Shown piece after piece: positions 37,057 through 45,420 of a DNA stretch of 64,000 bases. A program made the position numbers and the translations under genes. The notes below the pieces were generated by a model. The model worked only from the letters and a program-made list of their open reading frames with translations, was not told the origin of the DNA and ran no database searches. Origin of the DNA: a virus. Location of the stretch: positions 12,686 to 76,685 of IMG/VR virus record IMGVR_UViG_3300035698_012122. One strand, 5' to 3'. The number at the start of each line of letters is the position of its first letter. Position 1 is the stretch's first letter.

Positions 37057-39249
37057 ATGTCAAAAATAAAAACAAAGTTCATAGAGAATTTCAAACTAGC
37101 TTCATTAATTGACGTTGATGAAGCTAGTATTGCCACTGCTTTAAATAATTACGCATTACTTTTCAATTCATCAAATTCATTATGGGAAGCAAAAAACCTT
37201 CCCATTCTTTATTCCCATCCTAATCATACAGGTGAAATAACTAGTGTTGGTGATGGTGCACAAGTATTAGATAAGTCTGCAATCGAAAACAAACCAACAA
37301 CTGAAATAGATGATGGTGATTTCATATTGTTTTCTGATACCAGTGATGCTGGTAATTTAAAGAAATTTAATTTCACATTTTTAGCTACAGAAGTTTATGA
37401 AACAATATGGGCCGAAGAAAGTGGTGGTCTAGGAAACGGTCAACGTGAATGGTCTTTTGGTAACGGTGCAACTGGTAATATAAATATTCCAATATTCTAC
37501 GATTGTAAGATTAGGGAAATTGGAATAGATGCTGAAGTAGTTGGTACAAGTATAATTCTACAGGTAATGGTAAACAATGTAGCAGTTGCACAAGGTTCAA
37601 TTATTGGTGAAGGAATTGCTGTATTAGATGTTGAAGTAACAGTTAATAAAGGTGATTTTCTAGGATTTAGAACTTTATCAAGGGTTGGAACATATACTGA
37701 TGCCAGAGTAGCAGTTGCACTAATTCAAGAAATAAAAGCTATTAGAGGTGCTAAAGGTGAAACTGGTGCTGGTTCAAATATACTTGTTAGACAAGATAAT
37801 ATTTTAATTGGTGTTGTAACAGATGCTTTAAATTTTGAAGGTAACATTGTAAATGTTTCTGATGAAGGTGCTAGTCAAACAAAAGTAGAAATAAACGAAA
37901 CGATAACAACTTTAACTGAAACTTCTTCAGGTGTTTTTGAATATGTGAGTGAAGACGGTACAGCAGAAATAATTGATATATCTGATTTTGAAACATCTTC
38001 AGAATTAAATGCTAGAGACACTGCTAATAGATCAAGGGCCAATCATACAGGTACACAATTAGCTTCCACCATTTCTGATTTTGAAACAGCTCATGATAGT
38101 TTACCAAGTGATAATCCACATTCAGTTACTAAAGCACAAGTTGGACTTGGAAATGCAGATAATGTTTCAGATGCTAATAAACCAGTTAGTATTGCAACAG
38201 CACAAGCAATTTCAGACGCTATAAGTAATTTGATTGATGGTGCACCAGTAACTTTAGATACTTTAAATGAATTAGCACAGGCAATTAATGATGATGAAAA
38301 TTTTGCTACTACGATTACAACACAATTATCAAACCATGTAGGTGATTTTTTTAATCCACATCAGGTAACTAAAGCACAGGTTGGATTAGGTAATGCAGAT
38401 AACGTAGCAGACATTGATAAAATAATTTCAACTTTAACTCAAAATGCTTTAGACGGTAAACAAAATATAAACACACTTTTAACTGCTATTTCTGCTTTAG
38501 CATCCAATGGGATAATAGTTAGAACTGGTGCTGGTGCTTCAGTTGTTAGAACAATAACTGGAACTGCTGGAAATATTGATGTAGTAAATGGTGATGGTGT
38601 ATCAGGTAATCCAACTTTAAACCTTCCTAATGTTAATACTGCTGGAAGTGTCGGTTCTGCTTCTCAAAGCCTTTCTATAACAACTGATACCAAAGGTAGA
38701 GTTACCAGTAGAACAGCTCAAGCAATCAGTATAGTGTCTTCTCAGGTAACTAATTTTGCATCTACTGTTAGAGCAACTGTTTTAACTGGAATATCTTTTG
38801 TATCTGGTGCAACGGTTTTAGCAACTGATACAATTTTGGTAGCAATTGGAAAATTACAGCAACAGATAACGCTTTTAGTTTTTGGTGATGAATTTCAATT
38901 TGCTGAAGAACTAACTACAACCACAACTACTAGTGGTAGCTACATACAAAAAATGAGACTTACAACTACGAATTTACCAACTGGACAATATGTAATTATG
39001 TGGAGTGCTGATGGTGGAGCAACTGATAAGGATTCTGGTATCTACCAACTAGAAGAAAACGATACAACAGTTATAACTGAAAACGAAGCAAGAATGAATA
39101 TGCCTTCAGGTGTTGTTTGGTACAATTCTTTTTCAGGCCATGCAATTAGAAATTTAAGTGGTGTTAACACTTATGATATTGATTATAAAGAAACAGGTGG
39201 AACAGCATCAATTAGAAATGCAAGATTAACTTTATGGCGAGTTTCTTAA
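37057..39249 (+). CDS. Tail fibre protein (730 aa)
   Basis: Two NPHxVTKAQVGLGNADN repeats, GAPVTLDTLNELAQAINDDENFA, RANHTGTQLASTISDF, TTDTKGRVT, short collagen-like GAKGETGAG. Confidence 0.85.
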   Translation: MSKIKTKFIENFKLASLIDVDEASIATALNNYALLFNSSNSLWEAKNLPILYSHPNHTGEITSVGDGAQVLDKSAIENKPTTEIDDGDFILFSDTSDAGNLKKFNFTFLATEVYETIWAEESGGLGNGQREWSFGNGATGNINIPIFYDCKIREIGIDAEVVGTSIILQVMVNNVAVAQGSIIGEGIAVLDVEVTVNKGDFLGFRTLSRVGTYTDARVAVALIQEIKAIRGAKGETGAGSNILVRQDNILIGVVTDALNFEGNIVNVSDEGASQTKVEINETITTLTETSSGVFEYVSEDGTAEIIDISDFETSSELNARDTANRSRANHTGTQLASTISDFETAHDSLPSDNPHSVTKAQVGLGNADNVSDANKPVSIATAQAISDAISNLIDGAPVTLDTLNELAQAINDDENFATTITTQLSNHVGDFFNPHQVTKAQVGLGNADNVADIDKIISTLTQNALDGKQNINTLLTAISALASNGIIVRTGAGASVVRTITGTAGNIDVVNGDGVSGNPTLNLPNVNTAGSVGSASQSLSITTDTKGRVTSRTAQAISIVSSQVTNFASTVRATVLTGISFVSGATVLATDTILVAIGKLQQQITLLVFGDEFQFAEELTTTTTTSGSYIQKMRLTTTNLPTGQYVIMWSADGGATDKDSGIYQLEENDTTVITENEARMNMPSGVVWYNSFSGHAIRNLSGVNTYDIDYKETGGTASIRNARLTLWRVS

Positions 39250-39258
39250 GGATAAAAT

Positions 39259-40089
39259 ATGAAATTAAAAGCTTATGAAATTTTATTAGAACTATCAAAC
39301 GGCTATTCAGATGCCACACTTCATAAAGAAATTGAAGCATCAAATACCGTATCTGGTTTTGAATACCTTTTATCAAAGGGTGGTTTTTTAGAAGTACATG
39401 GAACAGAAATAGTTGACGCTCTAGGATTAAACGCACTGGTAGAAGCACATAGACCAGATAGTTTTAATAACTATAAAATTTATTCTATAGTTGATGAAGC
39501 GTTTGGTTCTTTACCAATTGATAAAATAGATTTCACAATGCACTTAAAAAAAGGTGCATTACTTAAAAAGAGCGTTACAAAAACTCCAAATGGTAGACCA
39601 GAAAAAGCAACTTACCGTTATGAAGAAGTACCATTTGCAGAAATAGATTGGGTATTTTCAGATACTTCAGGTGGATTATTCTACAAAAAAGAAATTTTCC
39701 TATGTTACTTTAGAGCTGATGGAACTAAAGGTGAAAGATTTATAATTAAAAGAAAAGAAATTGATTTTACAATTCCAAATGAACTGGAAGAAACAATTCA
39801 GGAAAGAATAGATGCTAGATTGTCAATCGTAGGTGAAATTAAAGCAGTTTGTTCTGGTGCTTTAACAGTTGGACTAGACCAAACACTAGCTGAAGTAGTT
39901 GCTACAATTAGTCCGTTTTGGTCTGCATACAAGGCCAGTAGAGAAGCTTTTACAGAATTAGGTACAAAGACTTGGCGTGATGAAATAACGGCCTTAGATA
40001 CTGCTATAGACTACGCATGGTTGGATGTACCAATTGATGCTAATGGAACAACTTGTAAACAGTATATGATTTTTAGAATGAGCTATTAA
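39259..40089 (+). CDS. Hypothetical protein (possible fibre chaperone)
   Basis: 276 aa ORF with AAGGGA-type RBS after the fibre gene. Confidence 0.65.
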   Translation: MKLKAYEILLELSNGYSDATLHKEIEASNTVSGFEYLLSKGGFLEVHGTEIVDALGLNALVEAHRPDSFNNYKIYSIVDEAFGSLPIDKIDFTMHLKKGALLKKSVTKTPNGRPEKATYRYEEVPFAEIDWVFSDTSGGLFYKKEIFLCYFRADGTKGERFIIKRKEIDFTIPNELEETIQERIDARLSIVGEIKAVCSGALTVGLDQTLAEVVATISPFWSAYKASREAFTELGTKTWRDEITALDTAIDYAWLDVPIDANGTTCKQYMIFRMSY

Positions 40090-40099
40090 GGGATAAAAT

Positions 40100-40639
40100 A
40101 TGAGCAGTGCAATTGGAGTTGGAAATTCAGTACCATTAGTTTTAGACGTAGGTGATTTTAATGACACACTATATGTTCAAGCAATGGTATTCCAACCTAA
40201 TCAATCGGTTATTTCAACATTCAATCTACTTCCAAAAGGTGATGGTAGATATGCCCATGTAGGTTATCTAATGCCAGATTTTGATTATATAATGGTGAAG
40301 TTTATAACCTATGAAGATAGCGGTTATTCTATTAGAGCTGGTTATCATGATGTAACAGAGTCATTTACTAAAAACGATGGAAGCAGTAGTGGCGGTGGAG
40401 ATAATTCAGAACTTATAGCTACCATTAACAAAGCAATGAATGAGCTTAGAACCGTGGATATAACCGTGGATGTGATAGAAGAAGAGAGTATTCAAGCGGT
40501 GTTTGATTATAGAGACACACCTGATACAATTGAGATACTGGTAGAAGAAGAAACAGAAATAGTTATTTCAGTTGAACAAGAAAATGAAGTGTCTGGAACA
40601 ATAGTAGAAAACGAAATAATAGAAAATATAGGGGAATAA
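40100..40639 (+). CDS. Hypothetical acidic structural protein
   Basis: 179 aa. Beta-rich N-domain, SSSGGGD linker, very acidic C-terminus. Confidence 0.65.
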   Translation: MSSAIGVGNSVPLVLDVGDFNDTLYVQAMVFQPNQSVISTFNLLPKGDGRYAHVGYLMPDFDYIMVKFITYEDSGYSIRAGYHDVTESFTKNDGSSSGGGDNSELIATINKAMNELRTVDITVDVIEEESIQAVFDYRDTPDTIEILVEEETEIVISVEQENEVSGTIVENEIIENIGE

Positions 40640-40641
40640 AT

Positions 40642-41235
40642 ATGACTACATTAGATGCGAGAATTTTAATTATAAGTGGTGCAGATGCATCAGTACTTGT
40701 TCGGTTACGAAATCCTAAAACAGGCGATCCAATTGATCTAACAGATTTTACTAAAATAGAATTTAGATTTAAAAATAGTGATAGAACGGATTTATTTTTA
40801 GACAATACGGAAATTCCAGCTATCAAAGCACAGATAACTTATACTGAAGTAATATTTTTAGCTGATGTTGCTGGTGCAAACGGTAACGATATTTTTCTTC
40901 AATTCGATGGAATTTCAGATATTGACACAATAGTTAGTGCATGGAATGTTGCGAATGTTGGAAATGAAGTATCGCATAACGGAACTGGAACTGATGTACT
41001 ATTAGCGTCAACTGTTCGATTAACTGCTGGTTATGATGCCTATAGCCCGATTGAAGTAGTTGGTTTACCTAATCTAGGTAAGGTTAGAATATCTATTTTA
41101 GAGAAGGAAACAGCAGAATTAAGAAGGGGTACTAACCAATCTTTCAGTATGTTAGTAGATTATGGAACATGGCCCGGTGGTACTAGAATTAAAGGGATAT
41201 TTGATAATTTGAATGTTGTAGATTCTGATTTGTAA
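40642..41235 (+). CDS. BppU-like structural protein carrying a module shared with the tail sheath
   Basis: GDPIDLTD...GKVRISI...ETAEL BppU-like frame, with inserted ADVAGANGN...WNVANVGNEV module. Confidence 0.6.
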   Translation: MTTLDARILIISGADASVLVRLRNPKTGDPIDLTDFTKIEFRFKNSDRTDLFLDNTEIPAIKAQITYTEVIFLADVAGANGNDIFLQFDGISDIDTIVSAWNVANVGNEVSHNGTGTDVLLASTVRLTAGYDAYSPIEVVGLPNLGKVRISILEKETAELRRGTNQSFSMLVDYGTWPGGTRIKGIFDNLNVVDSDL

Positions 41236-41337
41236 AATAAAACTTTTCCTGATAACATTTAGTAGTAAAAACTTTTAATCAGCTAATTAGATAAACTTAT
41301 AACTTATCCAATCCACGGATGGAGAAGGTAAAATCTT

Positions 41338-41400
41338 AAAAGGCCTAGATTAAATGGGTATGACAAGGACGTTTAATTCAATTAATTAATAGGCCTTTTT
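41338..41400. terminator. Bidirectional hairpin at convergence of late and replication blocks
   Basis: AAAAGGCCTA ... TAGGCCTTTT inverted repeat between convergent genes. Confidence 0.7.
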
Positions 41401-41415
41401 CTTAACCCATAAACT

Positions 41416-41778
41416 CTACTTACCCATTTTCTCTAGTGCTTCTTCCAATTCATTTTCAAATGCAATTGAAATTTCACAGTTCTTATCAACATTAAAATTT
41501 ACTTTTGGCCTACTATCATTTTTACAGAACTTTGAAGCAACTAATCTTCCAGATGCACTATCCCACGGAAACCCAACATTGTTTGAAGCAGTTGGTTCTA
41601 ATCCTAAATCTTCACAACATTCATTATAGAGAATTTCTTTTTTATCGTATTCATCATCATGAACACATTTACCAAATTGTGGATTGTAGTAAAAAAGCTT
41701 CTGTTCTAAAATCCACCAGCTTAGTTTAACTACTAATTTTTTCTTTTTATCATTGGATAGTTTTGGTTGTTTCATCAA
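41416..41778 (-). CDS. Stand-alone NAD-dependent DNA ligase subdomain Ia-like protein
   Basis: QKLFYYNP...VHDDEYDK matches the LigA Ia signature YY-x(n)-D-x-EYD. No KxDG adenylation motif. Confidence 0.7.
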   Translation of the reverse strand: MMKQPKLSNDKKKKLVVKLSWWILEQKLFYYNPQFGKCVHDDEYDKKEILYNECCEDLGLEPTASNNVGFPWDSASGRLVASKFCKNDSRPKVNFNVDKNCEISIAFENELEEALEKMGK

Positions 41779-42187
41779 CGGCCTGTAAATTGTTTTGCTC
41801 TAATAAACTAATTGACCAAAACTTTTTCTTTTCTTTCAATGCCCATATAGAAGTATCAACATTCAATCTATATTTTTTATTTGCGTAGTCTTCTAGTTCT
41901 TTGAACATTATTTCTAATTCACCTTCTAACAATTCATATTTTTCTTCCCATGAATACTGTTCTTCTTTTTTAATTTCTTGGTGAACTGTTAGAATCTTTT
42001 TTGTTAGTTGGTATTGAGAGTTCCAAATATTGTGAGTTAGATGGTTAATCATTCCAATTAGTGTTTCACTCTTCTTCATTTTTTTAGCTTTGGAGTTGTG
42101 CATTTGTGGAACTGTAATGCTAAAAATATCAGCTACACTAGAACGTGCAGAATCAGCAATGTTACGGCCTAAATCATATACAATCAT
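41750..42187 (-). CDS. Hypothetical protein
   Basis: 145 aa with AAGGA RBS preceded by ATTAGGT repeats. Confidence 0.7.
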   Translation of the reverse strand: MIVYDLGRNIADSARSSVADIFSITVPQMHNSKAKKMKKSETLIGMINHLTHNIWNSQYQLTKKILTVHQEIKKEEQYSWEEKYELLEGELEIMFKELEDYANKKYRLNVDTSIWALKEKKKFWSISLLEQNNLQAVDETTKTIQ

Positions 42188-42283
42188 AAATTTCCTTATA
42201 CCTAATACCTAATATGTAAAATCTTTGTACCTTCTGGTGTCTGAATTGTCTAATTTATAGTCACTTTTACATAGTTTTACATT

Positions 42284-42315
42284 AGTATGCTTTATTTGTA
42301 AAAGTATGCTATAAT
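42284..42315 (+). promoter_or_regulatory. Sigma70-type extended -10 promoter
   Basis: TG-C-TATAAT at 42307-42315, 21 nt upstream of ATG 42337. Direct repeat AGTATGCT occurs twice. Confidence 0.7.
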
Positions 42316-42336
42316 CTAATTAACCAAAGGGAATAC

Positions 42337-42666
42337 ATGAAAAACACACCAGAATTTGCATCAGTATCAGAACTAGAAAACATCAATGTAATTAAGATTG
42401 GTGATACAGTTAGAAGCTTTGATATGGAGTTTAAGCCTTTTTCATGGATTATTGGAAAGGTAGTTAGAACAGAGGTAATTGAAGGTTGTGAAAGATATGT
42501 TATTGAAGTTCAAAAGTACGAAACTTGTAGAGATGAAAATGGTTTTCATGACCATGTAGTAGAATCTGAAGAAGTAAGTGATGGTAGAAAATTATATCCA
42601 CCAGTTAATGGAAGTAATTTGATGTTTGGTGAAAACAGTTATACTAACTTTGTAGAAGTAGCATAA
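42337..42666 (+). CDS. Hypothetical protein (SH3/KOW-like start)
   Basis: 109 aa, IKIGDTVRSFD...GKVVR, AAGGGA RBS, own promoter. Confidence 0.7.
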   Translation: MKNTPEFASVSELENINVIKIGDTVRSFDMEFKPFSWIIGKVVRTEVIEGCERYVIEVQKYETCRDENGFHDHVVESEEVSDGRKLYPPVNGSNLMFGENSYTNFVEVA

Positions 42667-42675
42667 GGAATTATT

Positions 42676-43350
42676 ATGTTGAAAATTGGAAAAGTTTATC
42701 AATACGACAATAAATATTGGTACGTTGAATCTAAACGTAAATATCGTAGAGTTTTATATAGACTTAGAAGGGTTTTAGGTGATGGTTCACTAGCTGAAAT
42801 ATTTGAAACACATTTTACTAGAGGTGAATTTTTCGTAGTTCCTGAAGCTAGAGCATATGTAAAAATAGATATTCCTAAATCAATTAAAGCACAGATGAGA
42901 TATAATAATCTAGTTAGAGAGACTAGAAAAATTCTAATAGAAATGGTTACACCAGAAAAAAGACAAGAACATAAAAACTATCCAAGGCAACTAGCTACCC
43001 ATGCAATCTATTCTTTAGGTCATTATGATGTAAAAAGAAAAGTAGTAATTGATCTTAGAATTTTTGCTAAAGATATTGGTTTAAAATCAGGTGTTAAATT
43101 ATATAATGCTATTGCAGAATACTATAAAGAAACTAGACCAGATTCTAAATATACTTCAGAGACTACAGGTATTCCAAGCCTAACAGATGCTTATTTAATT
43201 AGTTCATACCAACAGGTAAACAATACTTGGAAGTACATCTATGGGTATTCTAAGAAGCTTGACGGTTATTTAGAACGTGACTTAAAAGGATATATTAAGG
43301 AACTTAAAAGAAGAGATATTAACCTAGCTTTATCGGAAGGTAAGTATTAA
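42676..43350 (+). CDS. Hypothetical basic protein
   Basis: 224 aa K/R/Y-rich ORF with AAGGA RBS. Confidence 0.7.
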   Translation: MLKIGKVYQYDNKYWYVESKRKYRRVLYRLRRVLGDGSLAEIFETHFTRGEFFVVPEARAYVKIDIPKSIKAQMRYNNLVRETRKILIEMVTPEKRQEHKNYPRQLATHAIYSLGHYDVKRKVVIDLRIFAKDIGLKSGVKLYNAIAEYYKETRPDSKYTSETTGIPSLTDAYLISSYQQVNNTWKYIYGYSKKLDGYLERDLKGYIKELKRRDINLALSEGKY

Positions 43351-43633
43351 TAACTGAATTATTGAAGTGTTCATATATCCAGATGTTAACATTATATTCG
43401 GGTATTTCTACAGATAGAACTTTATCTTCAGATTTTAGAAAATGTTTTAAATTATCCATTAATTCTTCTGAAGTAACTATCATATTTGTTTTAGTGTAGT
43501 ATATTTTTGATTTAGCAGTTACTTGGAACAATTCTCTAAACTTAGTATCATGTTCACCAGTTAAAGCTTTAACACCATGTAATTGAGTTTGCATAGCATC
43601 TGATAAGTGGGCTAGAGCTTCTTTTATATCCAT
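43319..43633 (-). CDS. Hypothetical protein
   Basis: 104 aa ORF overlapping the upstream gene's stop. Confidence 0.6.
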   Translation of the reverse strand: MDIKEALAHLSDAMQTQLHGVKALTGEHDTKFRELFQVTAKSKIYYTKTNMIVTSEELMDNLKHFLKSEDKVLSVEIPEYNVNIWIYEHFNNSVINTYLPIKLG

Positions 43634-44469
43634 TCTTTTTCACCATAATGCTTAAAGATATTTAGAAGTTTTAGAATGAAATCCATATTATCCATTAGAT
43701 AATTTTGTTGCTTGTGAGTTAGAGTTTTAAATACTTCATCCCTACCAGCTAGATACATTCTAGGGTCAATCTTTTCGAGTATTCTACTGGTTTCTATATT
43801 AACTGGAAGATTAGCAACTAACCAAAATAATTTCTTAGGTAACTTTGGTTCTGATAGCTTATTTTCAATTGCTACATCAATTTCAAATAACGCTTCACCT
43901 AAATGATTACCATGTGCTTTGATCCAGTGGTTTAATCTGGTTCTAGTATTCCTACCTTTGATGGGTAGGTATATTTTATCGAAGTCAGTTATGTTTCTCA
44001 TATCAGTTGTTGAATCACCAACTGTTACATATTCATCCAAAAATAATCTTAGAATATGTAGGTCTGTACCAGTGAACATAAAAGCTAATAATCTAAATAG
44101 ATGACTTTGGGATTGACCAAAACAAAAGATGTTAGTGCACTCAATGTAAGACACCACATCTTCTATCTTATGGTTTGATAGCTTCTCACTACAGCTAGGA
44201 CATTTGTTTGGTAACTGTTTAGCTTGTGAGCTGTTCAAAACCTTATGTATTGGTTTCCCAACATCTTCAACATTGATTTCTAATTTAGAACCAACATGAA
44301 GACCTTCTTTTTCTATTGTAAGTGCATTGTCTAAAAGTATAGCGTGTTTCAGAATATTTTCTTCATCAACTAATTCATCTTTTTTCTGCAAAACTAATAT
44401 AGCTACTAATTTACCAGATGGTGCAACTTTATATATAATGTCTTTAATTTTTGATGTTACTAATTCCAT
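43624..44469 (-). CDS. Degenerate NAD-dependent DNA ligase OB-fold + C4 zinc finger (+HhH-like) protein
   Basis: IKDIIYKVAPSGKLVAI...HAILLDN...LHVGSKL...LPNKCPSCSEKL...IECTNIFCFGQ parallels LigA OB/ZnF. Start MELVTS at 44469 behind AAGGA. Confidence 0.65.
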   Translation of the reverse strand: MELVTSKIKDIIYKVAPSGKLVAILVLQKKDELVDEENILKHAILLDNALTIEKEGLHVGSKLEINVEDVGKPIHKVLNSSQAKQLPNKCPSCSEKLSNHKIEDVVSYIECTNIFCFGQSQSHLFRLLAFMFTGTDLHILRLFLDEYVTVGDSTTDMRNITDFDKIYLPIKGRNTRTRLNHWIKAHGNHLGEALFEIDVAIENKLSEPKLPKKLFWLVANLPVNIETSRILEKIDPRMYLAGRDEVFKTLTHKQQNYLMDNMDFILKLLNIFKHYGEKEWI

Positions 44470-44818
44470 ATTTAGATAAATCCTTAATGTAGCCGTTTTC
44501 ATCAAACATTGAATCGACTTTTTTAATTTCTGTAGCGTACAAGCCTTTACTTCCATTGAAAAGTTTAAATGTAACTACGTCTTCAGCATACAGTTTTTTG
44601 TACTGTTCATCAGAAACTATATTTTTATGATGTGCAAAGGCCTCTTTAGATTTTAAATACAATTTATCATTGTGGTCAAATTCTACATAAGTAAAACCAT
44701 TGCCATGCTCTATAATTTTCATCTTAGGTTCTACAAACCCAAAACCACGCTTATCAGAAGGTTCTGCTACTAAACCAACAGCGTCACATATATAATTATC
44801 ATTTCCAGTGTCGTGCAT
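44444..44818 (-). CDS. Cold-shock domain protein with loop insertion
   Basis: RNP1 KRGFGFV, RNP2 AFAHHKNI, YKKL-x-x-x-D-x-VTF...KGLYATEI. Confidence 0.8.
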   Translation of the reverse strand: MHDTGNDNYICDAVGLVAEPSDKRGFGFVEPKMKIIEHGNGFTYVEFDHNDKLYLKSKEAFAHHKNIVSDEQYKKLYAEDVVTFKLFNGSKGLYATEIKKVDSMFDENGYIKDLSKYGISNIKN

Positions 44819-45399
44819 TATAAACCTTTCCTAATACCATATAAAGCAAGTAAACAACCGTCAATCATTCCATCATGTGGTGTTCTACATTTAGAATTTT
44901 TTAACCATTTTTCTTTTGGAAACAATCTATTTACTGTTACCAAGGCTATTCGCTTAGTATCTTTTTTAATTACTTTTTTCTTAATCCATTTACCATCATC
45001 GTCTTTTCTATCTGTTCTAACGTGGGTAACTTTATCATATTGTTTTGTATCACCACAAATTACTTTTTGCCAATTTTTAGGAAGTGAAGCAGTATATGGG
45101 AAACCCATTAGTTCCACCATTCCATAGATTTTTCCACCTTGACGTTCTAATGATGCAACACCTTTTTTAGATATGCCATGAAAACCAGCAAACCTTTCAA
45201 GTATAATATGCACATCACCTAACTGTTGAAAGTGCCTAATAATAGAATAAATCTTTTTAACGTCTGGTGTATCATCAGCAGTTATTAAACCTTCATCCAT
45301 TGCAATTCGGTAACATATTTTGGAATTGCTATCTAGTACAACAATCCCACCAGTTAAACCAATATCAATACCGATATAGAATTTTATTTGTTTACTCAT
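44818..45399 (-). CDS. ruvC: RuvC-like Holliday junction resolvase
   Basis: YIGIDIGLTGG, ILE, PKNWQK, HDGMIDGCLLALYG motifs. Confidence 0.85.
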   Translation of the reverse strand: MSKQIKFYIGIDIGLTGGIVVLDSNSKICYRIAMDEGLITADDTPDVKKIYSIIRHFQQLGDVHIILERFAGFHGISKKGVASLERQGGKIYGMVELMGFPYTASLPKNWQKVICGDTKQYDKVTHVRTDRKDDDGKWIKKKVIKKDTKRIALVTVNRLFPKEKWLKNSKCRTPHDGMIDGCLLALYGIRKGL

Positions 45400-45420
45400 T
45401 ATATTCCTAAAACCAAAGCC

